Origin: Tricharina praecox
Taxonomy: Eukaryota
NCBI RefSeq assembly: GCF_024521635.1
Contig: NW_026250412.1
Location: forward strand, 558,001-622,000
Direction of reading: 5' to 3'
Length of the DNA stretch: 64,000 bases
Part shown: one piece after another, positions 12,754 to 23,559 of the stretch
Layout: each line of letters begins with the position of its first letter
How positions within the stretch are numbered: position 1 is the stretch's first letter
Position numbers and translations under genes: made by a program
The notes under the pieces: model-generated
Told to the model about the DNA's origin: nothing
What the model saw: only the letters and a program-made list of their open reading frames with translations
The model's database searches: none

Positions 12754-13859
12754 ATGACGACGAAAACCTCACGCCCCATCGCATATATCCTCATCCGGGT
12801 CGGCCAGCTCCTACTCTGCGCCGCGCACCTCTACGTCTGCAGCGCGCTGGTGTTTTACTTCGTCGGCAATGATATCGCAAAGAGCGACTATGCCATGGGA
12901 TATCGACGCAAGCGCGAGGCCATGCCCGGCAGGGGCGGTGGCGGCGGTGGATCCTATTCTGGTGGCAGCGGCAGCGGCGGCGGGGGTGGTGGCAGTAAGA
13001 GTCCTACCGACCCGCAGATGCCGTTGATGCTCTTGCTCGGTGTGGTATGTCTCCTGTATCCCTCCCACTCTGAACATCCCCTGCTGAGATGGTCTGATGG
13101 TGTAGAGCGTCATCTCCCTTGTCGCCGCCCTCGTATCTCTGAGCACCATGCTCTGCGTCCGGTTCTGGCAGAAGGCGATGGTGTTCTCCTACAAGATGGA
13201 CATGTTCCTCTTCGTGATGTGGGTGATCGGGATGGCGATTCTGGCCAAGGTGATGGAAGAGTACGAAGTGTTCAACAAGACCAGTCCGCACGCGGTCTTT
13301 TTCAAGGCGACTCTTGGCCTATCGATCGTTCTCCTGTTCGTAGCCCCAAAAACATCCTCTGTCGAGCGGGGGACGATTATTGATGGAGGCATTCGGCAGG
13401 TTGGCTTTCTTGGTGACATGCATCTACTCGCGAAAACTCCGGATTAAGCCCCCGCCCGCTGCTGTTGCCGGCACGCCCGCGGCAGTGGTAGCCCCCTCCG
13501 CCGCGCCGACCACGCAAGGCTACGTTCAGGTACCAGACGCTAAATACGTGCAACAGCAGCCGCCGATACCGATGCAGCAGTTCGCCCCGCCATATCGGCA
13601 GACTTACCAAGCACCTTCGCCGTCGCCGGTGAATCCGCCACTGCAGCAACAGCAACCACAACAGTTCCAGCAACCACAGCAACCACAGCAACCACAGCAA
13701 CAGTTTCAGCAACCACAGCAACAACAACAAACGTTTCAGCAGCCGTTCCAACAACAACCACAACAGACGTTCCAGCAGCCACAGCAGCAAACATTCCAGC
13801 AGCCATTCCAGCAACCGTTCCAAAGCCCTGTGTATCAACAACAGCAATGGCGACAATGA
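12754..13859 (+). CDS. 4-TM MARVEL-like membrane protein with Gly-rich loop and Gln/Pro-rich C-terminal tail; join(12754..13044,13106..13335,13400..13859), 326 aa
   Basis: Three track ORFs (12754, 13148, 13380) join in frame via GTATGT..TAG and GTTCGT..CAG introns. Four TM segments with D-x6-W in TM3 (DMFLFVMW), basic RKLRIK after TM4, then QQPQQ/QQPFQQ repeats. Confidence 0.82.
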
Positions 13860-16800
13860 GGGCGAAGGAAGAACACACCCTTAAACATTTTCCAGCTAGG
13901 TAGGTAGTTTGGTCATTTCATATGTTTCGCAGCGGAGTCATATCTAGATTGTAATTACAAAAGCGATGAATACATAGACGTTTCTTTCTTTCGGGTGGTA
14001 GATAGAATAAAGTTGTTTTTTTCTATGCGGATCGGAGAACTTCCCAATGCAGGATGATCCCGAGGACCCGAGGTTCTTCGGTCATCACCGAAATCCGAAC
14101 ACGGGCACGGGGGGCGGGTACGGGCACGTGGTGTCACTCGCCTCATCGCTATGCACTCACTGTGTAGAGAAAAAGATATTCGTGCTACGGATCGGCGGCA
14201 GTAACGAGGACGGTTCTATACAGCCCTAGCAGCAGCCCAGCCACAGTTCCGGTCCCCAGCGCTCAACAATCGGGCCACACAAAATGAACTCGATGAACTC
14301 GTCCCCGAAGCTGGAGTGTCGCATTGGCGGCGGCGGCGATGCGGAAGCTACGGTATGGAGTTGAGGGTGGAAGAGAGAGGGTATTGGACGGATCGATGGT
14401 GGTGGAGATCACGGGGTGGAAGGATGAGAGAAGTGGTGTGTTTGTGTCTAGGAGCTCTAGCTACGAGAGAAGGAGGAAGAGAGACATAAATACAGAGCTT
14501 TCGACCCGCTATCGACCAAATGTCGCCAGAGCCTTCCACCACCAGTCCACCAACCGGCTAGTAGGCTACTTACACGGTTTTAGGCTCTCATACCACCATC
14601 TATTTTTTTCCTTTGGCCATATTGACAGCTACATCCTTACGTCAGTGCATGGTTCTAGCTCATGTTGTATTGCAACCCTTCGTATCCGCAAAAAATGGCG
14701 TATCCTTCATGACAATCATCAACATCATCAACATCATCATCCGCACTCAAGAGTCAATATAAGAGAGATCACAGTGTCGGCGGTTCATTGTTGGCAGGTG
14801 GTGGCTGTGAGGCTCGCGCAGGGACTGACAGACCGTCGGTGATTCGGTGATCGTTGGGGGGACTGAGGGCCGGCAGGGAATGAGTGGTGGAAGTGACGGA
14901 AATGATGAACGTAGATTCGGCAGTGAGAGGAGTGGCGGATTAAACAGAGTCGGCAGTGGCGGATTGATTCATAATTTATCTTCCAGAAGCCTCCCGATAC
15001 GGGCCGCGGCGTGATTTCTAGGCCGTCTCCGTGGCAGCTGCGAAGACAGCATTCTCAGGACCTCAACTAGATGTATTGCTAGAGCCCGTTAAAAATCTCC
15101 ACTAGGTATCCAGACGAAGTCACGAAGAATGAGGATCGAGAAACAGCTCAATACGATCGTCACAAGGGAGCATCCCGATTCCCAAAAACTGGCAGAGGGT
15201 GATTGTGAAAGAGGATCCGATGGATTGAGGCGTTGCGGCTCAATTATTGAGGTATTGCAAGCAGAAGTTCAGTTCCGCATCCCGGAAGTCTCGAATTATT
15301 GACTTTGCCATCGCAGGCATTGAAAGACGGATACAGCCTCCGATCCTATGATCTAGCCTACCTTACGACTCGGAAGGGGCAAGTTGCAAGGGAAATCCAG
15401 TTCCTTGTTTACTGGTTCGACTGGTTGGTATGCGGGCTTCTTCGGAGACGTCGAGTGTATTTGAGATGTAGGACTTACAAATCAAAACACAATTCCGGCA
15501 GCCGCAGCAGTCATGTCAAGAAACACCGAAGCATCGAAACATTGCGATGCATATAGGTATTGCACACCCGACATATCATTTCAGCCCTCGAGGAAAGCGG
15601 CCACTGAACTCTCTCTCTCGAGGAAAAACAAAGGTGCCGCCCGTTCAATTGAGGACTGAAATAATGACGTTGTACTGCCAAAGTCTGCCATGCACAGTGG
15701 AAGGAAATGAGTGGTTACCGTTGGTCGTCGCAGCCAATCAGCCAGCCAGCGAGAATGGCTGGATGGATAAATCATGGAATCTCATGGAACGGATGCACAC
15801 ATCCAGATCCACATCCACATCCATAACCAGCCTCATGCATCGGAGATTCGAAGATTCGGTGTCAGTAATTGGTCCGCCGTCCACCGCCCACCACCACATG
15901 CTTATCGGAGCAGGGGGGTGAACCGTGATGGACGGTGATGGGCGGTGATGGGCGGACGTCACTCTGACAGAATCCTTCCCCCCGTGGGCTCTTTGGCTGC
16001 CCTGGATCGGCGTCAGACGCGCTTAATGACTTTCAGGCATGCCGGTCGACGAATACCCAGCTGCTGCTGCCTGGTAACTGCTGCCTACCGAACCCGGCAT
16101 GTAGAAACGTCGACGGAGGATTGGCGTACACCGTACCTAGGAGCGAGGGACACGGTGCGACCATTGGCCGCGAATACGAGAAAGTTGCCGCGAGGATCTG
16201 TCCGGGACCGCTTATGATTGGGGAGGCATGCATACTGGGCGTTGGGCAGGCTGCGGACGGGCACTATGACGGTGCTTGGCCGATTGGACGGGGGGAGCTG
16301 GTGCGGCGGGCATGGTTCCATATGGCACATGGAGTAGGTGCCGGTACTTGGGTACTTGGGTGTTCACCACTCGAAGCGCCCAGGCAGAGTACTCCGCTAC
16401 CGCTATCGTACTCTGCATCCACCATCCATCATCCATCATCCATCATCCATCATCCATCGGACGATGGTTTCATACTTTCATGCAGCCACCAACATTCGCA
16501 TGGTCATTCCCCTGGCCTGGCCGATGGTCGAGTGTGGTCGAGTGTGCTCTACATCGTCCATCGTCGTCATTGTCGATGGGCTGCCGGGCTCGGACACCCA
16601 TTCTAGAACGGAAACGAAAGGCCATACGGGTGACGGGTTTAGCCTTTGCGGTGGACTGGTAGTGGGCGGTGGGTGGTGGACGAGCAAAGGTTGGAGGTTG
16701 GAGGTTGGAGGAAACACTGCTGGGACTTGGGAGACGTACTCTCCTGGAAGGCTGGCCGCTGGTCTGGTGGCTGTTGCGGGCAAGTTGCGTACATGCTAAC

Positions 16801-19225
16801 TGCACCGGTAGGCAGTGTGTATTGGGCATTGGGCTCGCTGCGGATACGGTACGGTACGGTATGCTAATCTACGGTACCCATGGCGCCGTCGTATCATACA
16901 TACACGAAAGCCATATCTGGGCACCGCGGTGTGCATACCTTAGATATGTCGACCGGGAGAGGTAGGGAGAGAGGAGGGGAGAATCAATCTTATCCTCGCA
17001 TATGTCGAGTGTCGACCTCTTGGCTGGCCCCGTTTTCAAATTTCAGCTGAGTTCCAGTTCCGCGAGTGATCCCCAGTGCAAGAACCTGCACCACCACTTC
17101 CCTACCCTGTAGTTACCGCGATCAATCCAGAATCCAGACCTTCCCACCATTCCCATCGTTCCGCCTCAGGAAGAAAACAAATCTAGATTGCGCTACGCAA
17201 GTACGCAAGTACGCACGATGGCAAATTAGCGTATGCAAGTTCAATGATCTCCTGTCCTCCTGTCCAGCTGGGATGTATGTGGCCAGCTGGTGGTTACTCT
17301 ACATACTGGTCGCAAAAGTCTCCACTGCGACTCTGCGAGCATGCGAGTATCTATGCGTAAGGCATGCGCAGCTCGTGATTTATGCTCTTCTCTGCACCCC
17401 CGTCCCCCGTCCAACCCCCTGGCCAGCGCCTTGGGCCACGCCATGGCCGACGCCATGGCAACGGCAACGGCTTACTTAATGCCTAATGCTGTCGGCGACG
17501 AAATACCCGTAGTCGGGTCGAGTCGAGTCGGGGTCGAGTTCCCTTTTTCGCGATCGTTTCGGGGGGACTATGTAGCAATAGAAGGAAACTTTACCACACC
17601 CTGTAGATACATCGTATGTATGTACAGTACAGTACGCACTCTAGGATGTGTGTATTGCATGCGCATGCGTCGTGGGTGATTGGAGCAAATACTCTACATA
17701 GAAGCCAAAGGAAGGAAGGAAGGAAGGAAGGTATGTAGAGTAGAGTAACTATCGGGCGGAAGCGTGCAGGTGCAATATAGAGTAAGTTGCAACACCTGCC
17801 GGGCTGGAGTGTGGCGGTTTCCCAGACTCCTATGTAGATGGTGGACCTCTCAGATGGCAGCCTGGCAGGCAGGCAGGAAGGAAGCAAGGCGTGGGAGTGG
17901 GACGGGGCTGGAGACGGAGACGGATATAGCACAGCCCTGAGCCCCTACCCACCACGGCGCAACCTCGATCGCGAAACACACACCTTGTCTACACCTCCGA
18001 AGGCGCTCTGCGGGTCTGAAAGAGGTTTTTGCACGATCCGTTCCGTTTCATGTGCGTGCAACTGACTGACTGACAGGTGCATGAGTCACGATCTGTGCAA
18101 ACGCGTTAGACGAGCAGTGAGGGGGGAGGGCTAAAGGCGGCAACGGATTGATCAGTGATCCCCCCCTTCAACTATCGGCTTGAGCATAGTATACAGAGTA
18201 TGGTTAGAGTACGCACTATGGAGAGCCAGCACTCAGCAGCCTTCCGTCGTGGTCCTGGTGGACGGGCGGACTGGTGGTTCCGGTCCGTTTCCGGCGTCTC
18301 GGGTGCCTGAAGCCACGATGGTTCCACAGGCCTGGTCCTGGGATGGGGAGGTACGTAGATTATGTAGGTACGGCCACGTCCCGTCTCTAAAGCCAGTACT
18401 AGTAGTGGTCTCTGGAGTCTGGAGCCAGCCAGCCAGTAGGAAGTATTTCGATACTTTGTGGGTGGTGGTCAATGGTCATCGGTCATCGTGGGCGTGGAAG
18501 TGGCATGCGACACGCGAGCGCAGCCATCGTTTGCCAGTAGATAACCAGCATACCTGGAGTTTATGGTACATGCCTCATACCAGGGGGACATTGGCCCAGG
18601 TACCCAGGTACCCACCAGTGGCGACGACGACACCTTCGCGAGTTCTTCATAGCACGAGTCTGCTGTCGGTTAAACTCGAGTCTCTCCCTCCCTCTTTTTT
18701 CTTTCCTTTTTCCGCTTTCCTTTTTTCCCTCCTCTCGGTCTTCGTTCACCATCGGACGCGCGCAGCAGTGCAGATGCCTGGGGACTTATCGACTAGGCAG
18801 CGGGCGCATGTATGGTGATAGCACTTAGGTAAGTACCGATGTAGACTTCACAGCTGGAGAGTAGTCACTTACCTGTTGGTTATGTACTTAGGCCACCGCA
18901 CGCCCGCCCGCGGATGCGCGAAGGTGGGCACGAGCCAGAAGGCAGATGCCCCCCCTCAATTGTCGATCGAGGATGTTGACGACGGAAAAGCCGCGCAAAC
19001 GAAGGGCGAGAGCGGCGTGGTCCTGTCGAGTTTAAAGTATCTATTTAGCTGTAGATAGCGAGCCTAGGCACGGGAATAGAGTACGAGTTGTATGCAGAGT
19101 GGTTGACTACATCGGTAAGGACAGACTCTGCAGACTCGTTTCTCACCTACCCAAAGAAACGCAACTCCATCGAGCCGTGCGTGGATCACGATTGCCTTGC
19201 ACCGATACGGGATGGCTCCGGTATG

Positions 19226-19304
19226 GTTCAGGAATCAGTGGGTTGACTGGCCCACTAGTTCAGGAATCAGTGGGTTGACTGGCCCACTGGTTCAGGAATC
19301 AGTG
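19226..19304. repeat. 32-bp tandem repeat x~2.5 (GTTCAGGAATCAGTGGGTTGACTGGCCCACTA)
   Basis: Units start at 19226, 19258 and 19290; internal CAGTGGG/CCCACTG inverted arms. Confidence 0.9.
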
Positions 19305-20948
19305 CTGGTCTGACGGCTATAAATAATCTCTTGGCTCACGAGGAAATGCTGCAGCCGAGTGGAGAGATGGCGAGGTGAAGCCATGATAATTGGGCCGTCT
19401 CGCTCGCTCGCTCAACTGCGAAGGAGGCTATGGAGGAGTAAGGCAGTCGCAGTTCATGTAGGCATTCATGTAGTTGACTTTTAACCCAGGTACATACAGA
19501 CATGCAGACTTTCGACAGCGGGGCAGAGACAAGAAGTAGAGTCAGTAGAGTACATGTACCCGTGGCCAGCCAGCCAGCCAGCCCGTCCGTTCGTTCGAGC
19601 AAGAACCACGTTTCGCCCGCTGGTCTGTCTGTCCGCTTGTCTGTCCGCTTGTCTGTCCGCTTGTCTGTCTAAACTCTGTCTGTCTGACTGTCTGTCCGTC
19701 AGTCCGTCCATCAATCCGTCCGCTGTCCCCTCTGCTCGTCCGTTCACTTCCGCTCGCTCGCTCACTCACCCACTCACTCATCCATCCACCCCCCGGCGGT
19801 CCACCCATAGTCGACAATAATCAGCCATCCACCACCACCACAGCCATCACCACCTCCACCTCCACCTCCACCTCCACCTCCACCTCCACCTCCACCTCCA
19901 CCACCTCCGACTGACGTCGCGATCGTCGTTGAGTGGGTACTTTTTCGCTCGCCGTTGACCTGGAATTCGTTCTCAGAAATTTAATCTCTAGCTTCCCGCT
20001 CGCTGGGGCTCCTGTAATAACCAATAACCAATAACCTTCCCCCTCCCACCCCCCCAGCCCTCCACTCACTGAGCGCCGTCCCTCGCCGAACTGCGCGCGC
20101 GGACACTTGTGATCGAGTACCCTCTACACACCTGCAATTCTCGCATCCTTCATTGGCGCCGGTGCGGAATGAGTGAATGAATGAATGTGCCGCACGAGAT
20201 TATCGACACCTACATACACACATACTTGCCCACCTCTCTCGCTCGCTCTCTGCTTTTGCCCGACTTACACTTATCTTAATTAACGGCTGCCTGCCGCCTG
20301 CGATTGCTTCTGCTGTTATTGCATTGCGTGTGTTTGCTGCCGAACCCGAATCTTCGAACGGTTCCATCCATCCAACTCGCCCCGAAGTCGCTTGCCTATT
20401 TGGCGCATAATTTAATTCAGCACTACCACCACATCTGCTGAACCCAGATTGCGTCTACGAACCCAGCCAGTCCCGGCCTGTCGTCTTGCTTGAAACCCCA
20501 GCGGCCGTTCCTCTTTCTCTCCTCCTCCTCCTCCTCCTCCTCCCTCCTCTTCCTCCTCCTCCCCCTTCCTCCTCCTCCTACCTTCGAGGTCGCCCCTCCG
20601 CGAATCGGCCCATCACTCTCCTTCCCCCCCCACTCTCCCTTTCCCCCCCTTCCCCCTTCTGTTCGTTTTGCGCTTCCCTCTCTCCCGTACGCGCTTCTCT
20701 CACGGGGTTTCTGGTCCGTCTGGGATAGAGGATAGAAGGACAGAAAACCAACTCCATCGAAACGGAGACGATACATACATACAATTACAATAATAATCAA
20801 CACCTTTCAAAAAACCCTTCGCCCACCACCGCCCGGCGCTGCTACAGCTGCTCGTGGCCCAGTCACTCTTTACACTGGTGTCTAGCTCACACACCCCCGT
20901 CGAAATCTTCAATTTACTTGCATCGCTCATTCATGCATCACCCCATCG

Positions 20949-21157
20949 GTAAGTCCACCACCACCTGTTGTTCCGTTGCGCTGCTGGGTTGGTTGGTTGC
21001 GCCTCTTCCGTTCCTGTCGTAGGCAATGACGCGGGATGGGGAACACGGAATCCTCGATGCGCGACGACACGAAAAATCTCGGCAACCACCCCGTCCGTCG
21101 TCGTCCCGAACGAGCGAGAGCTTCTGCTGACCTTTGCGCGGTCGCAATTCTATTCAG
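20949..21157 (+). other. Putative 5'-leader intron upstream of the 21748 gene
   Basis: Perfect GTAAGT donor, GCTGAC branch at 21126, TTCAG acceptor; lies after CT-rich promoter-like tracts. Confidence 0.5.
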
Positions 21158-21486
21158 CTCCATCAGCTAGATTTCCAGCATTCCACTCATTCAATCGACA
21201 CCGGTTCGAGAACAACAGCCTGTAAACCGTTGATTCGGATTCCTGCACACCCGCGACCGAGCCCGCTCCTAGGCTTCGACAACCCACGATAACAGTACAC
21301 GACACCTTCATCCATCCCTCCTACCCTTCCCCCCACCGGAATCGCTCGTTCGCCAATCACTCGTTTTCGGCGTCCGAAACGAAAAATTCCCCCAACGAAG
21401 TTCGCGACTCCGGATTTTTGGGTTTTGAGTGTTTTGTACCAAGCTGCGACTGGTCTCGCCGATCACCAAGGAGGATACGAAGAAAA

Positions 21487-21540
21487 AAGAAGAAGAAGAA
21501 GAAGAAGAAGAAGAAGAAGAAGAAGAAGAAGAAGAAGAAG
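21487..21540. repeat. (AAG)n microsatellite, ~18 units
   Basis: Directly visible. Confidence 0.95.
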
Positions 21541-21747
21541 AGACAGAGAGAAGGAGGGAGAAGGATAGGTCTCAACTAGGAAGCATCTACACCGTCGACA
21601 TACTGCAACGATCTTTTCCACGGTTAGTGGCGGATAAAGTGGTGGTTTCCGGACGTCTCGGTTCAGTTTGCCTTACGACTCAGCTTGTGACGGGTCTTTT
21701 CTAGACCTTTTGACTGGTAGCGCTGGCTGCCTCGGATACTTGGGAAT

Positions 21748-23559
21748 ATGGAGAAGTCAGAGACATCTACGAGAGACGAAGGCGGCGGAGGGGGTGGGGG
21801 AGGCGGCGGCGGAGGAGGTGGGAGTGGAGTTAAGTCTGGGAAGAAAACAGACGATGACGAGGACTTGGGTGGAAGTATTGTGCAGTGGGTCGGCACGAAG
21901 GATCGGGGATTTTCTAAGTCTCCGCGAAATCGGGTCGCCGGACAAATGCAAAACGCTGGGCTGCGCTTTCTGTATGGACACCTGCACGGACGACAGGATA
22001 CGCCCGAGAGCGTAGTTGCTGCTTCGCTACAAGAAGAGTCGTCATCAAGCCGGGAATCGCCGGCCCAGGACCAACCAACCGCAACATCATCCACCTCGAC
22101 ACCAACAACCACAATTACACATACAGTTACTACAATTAATACCTTTTCCGTGGGATCTTCAAGTGGAAGTCAGATTGTCTTGAGCTCTACGCCGCCACCC
22201 TCGCCTGCCGAATCGCAGCCTAATTCGCTGTCGACTCCATTTTTCAGTGCAAGTTCCAGTCCAAGCGCAAGTTCCAGTCCAAGCAGTGCCGCTGTGAACC
22301 CAAGTGTCGGTAGCAGCAGCTTCATCACTAGCAGCAGGTCTAGTACTATCACCAGTGTCGGCGGCATCAGCAGCAGAAGCAGTAGCTTCTCTGCGACCGC
22401 CACGCCATCCCTCGCAACAATCACTTCTTTCATCTCTAGGCCCATCGTTCCGGTGCAGAACTCGACTGCCAGCATCAGCACTTCATGGAGCTTCTCCACC
22501 ACCACCAGCAATGGAACAGTAATCGTAATCGCTTCGCCAACACCCGTTCCAGCGTCTGGTTTCAGCACGGCGACATCTAGCCGTTCGCCTCTAACGCCGA
22601 GCTCAACGAATTTTAGCAGAACATCGACTAGCACTACTTCGACCCAGCCATCATCGTCTGCGATAATACTGGCTACCGATGGTGGAGCCGGGGTTGGCAC
22701 TGGGGCCACAGCCACAGGCGGAGGATTCACGATTATTACTGCATCGCCCACCGGTACCGCATCCGACTCGGCGCCCGGTATCAACCCCGTACTGGTTGGG
22801 GGGATCCTCGGAGGTCTCGCGGGATTTGCACTGATTCTGGTGGCGTTGCTGTTTGCCGTCAGGCGGTACAAGAAGTTTAAGGCAATAGCAGCTCGCGACG
22901 AAGCAGCATACGGCGGTCCACTCCCACCTGGCTCAAGGGGCATGTCGGAACGAACCAACATGACCCCGTTCGCTGCTGCCGCCGGTCTCTTCGGTATACG
23001 TTGCCGAACAGCTCAAGGCGCAGCCCCCGAGCCAGCTGCAGAAGAGCGTGGATTCTACAGAGTCGCTGGAACCGGCCGGAAGCTGCCGCCCGTCATTGGC
23101 GGGCCACGTCCCGGTGGATCAGGCGCCATGGAGGAAGGTCAACCTTCGATGGAAGGCCAACAGTCATACTTTCACGACGACGATGGTACCAAAGGCCCAC
23201 TGACCCCAACATCGTCCACGGGCCCCGGCCCTTCCAGGTTCTCTGGCTACACCGTGACATCCATGGCTCCCACCATTGCAAGTTCGACGACCCCGTTTGC
23301 CGCATCTCCCACAAGTCCCGTGGGCGGCGCGGCCACTGCCTTCCCGCCTCCAACCAAGATACAGGAAGAGCGAGATGAAGGTGACCAGCAAGACGATGTC
23401 CCGCGGGAAATGACACCCGTACCGTCATTACCCAGACCACCACCCGATTATATAATGCGACCGCAACTTGGGAGCAGTGCTGGTAGAGATGGACTTGGCC
23501 GGTCATTGCCGTCACATGATGGATCTCGAGCTTCAAAGTTTACAGAGGATATAGTGTAA
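21748..23559 (+). CDS. Ser/Thr-rich single-pass membrane protein (Mid2/mucin-sensor-like architecture), 603 aa
   Basis: Uninterrupted ORF; long S/T-rich region, TM VLVGGILGGLAGFALILVALLFAV followed by RRYKKFK, cytosolic tail with ERGFYRV..GRKLP, a PPDY (PPxY) motif and terminal SKFTEDIV. Confidence 0.88.
   Translation: MEKSETSTRDEGGGGGGGGGGGGGGSGVKSGKKTDDDEDLGGSIVQWVGTKDRGFSKSPRNRVAGQMQNAGLRFLYGHLHGRQDTPESVVAASLQEESSSSRESPAQDQPTATSSTSTPTTTITHTVTTINTFSVGSSSGSQIVLSSTPPPSPAESQPNSLSTPFFSASSSPSASSSPSSAAVNPSVGSSSFITSSRSSTITSVGGISSRSSSFSATATPSLATITSFISRPIVPVQNSTASISTSWSFSTTTSNGTVIVIASPTPVPASGFSTATSSRSPLTPSSTNFSRTSTSTTSTQPSSSAIILATDGGAGVGTGATATGGGFTIITASPTGTASDSAPGINPVLVGGILGGLAGFALILVALLFAVRRYKKFKAIAARDEAAYGGPLPPGSRGMSERTNMTPFAAAAGLFGIRCRTAQGAAPEPAAEERGFYRVAGTGRKLPPVIGGPRPGGSGAMEEGQPSMEGQQSYFHDDDGTKGPLTPTSSTGPGPSRFSGYTVTSMAPTIASSTTPFAASPTSPVGGAATAFPPPTKIQEERDEGDQQDDVPREMTPVPSLPRPPPDYIMRPQLGSSAGRDGLGRSLPSHDGSRASKFTEDIV

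Noticed and set aside
15129..15560. Short coding-like fragments including IIDFAIAG (kinase DFG-like)
   Set aside because: No other kinase motifs, multiple stops; chance match likely.
19226..19304. CRISPR-like palindromic 32-bp repeat
   Set aside because: Units are contiguous with no spacers, there are no cas genes, and the context is eukaryotic.
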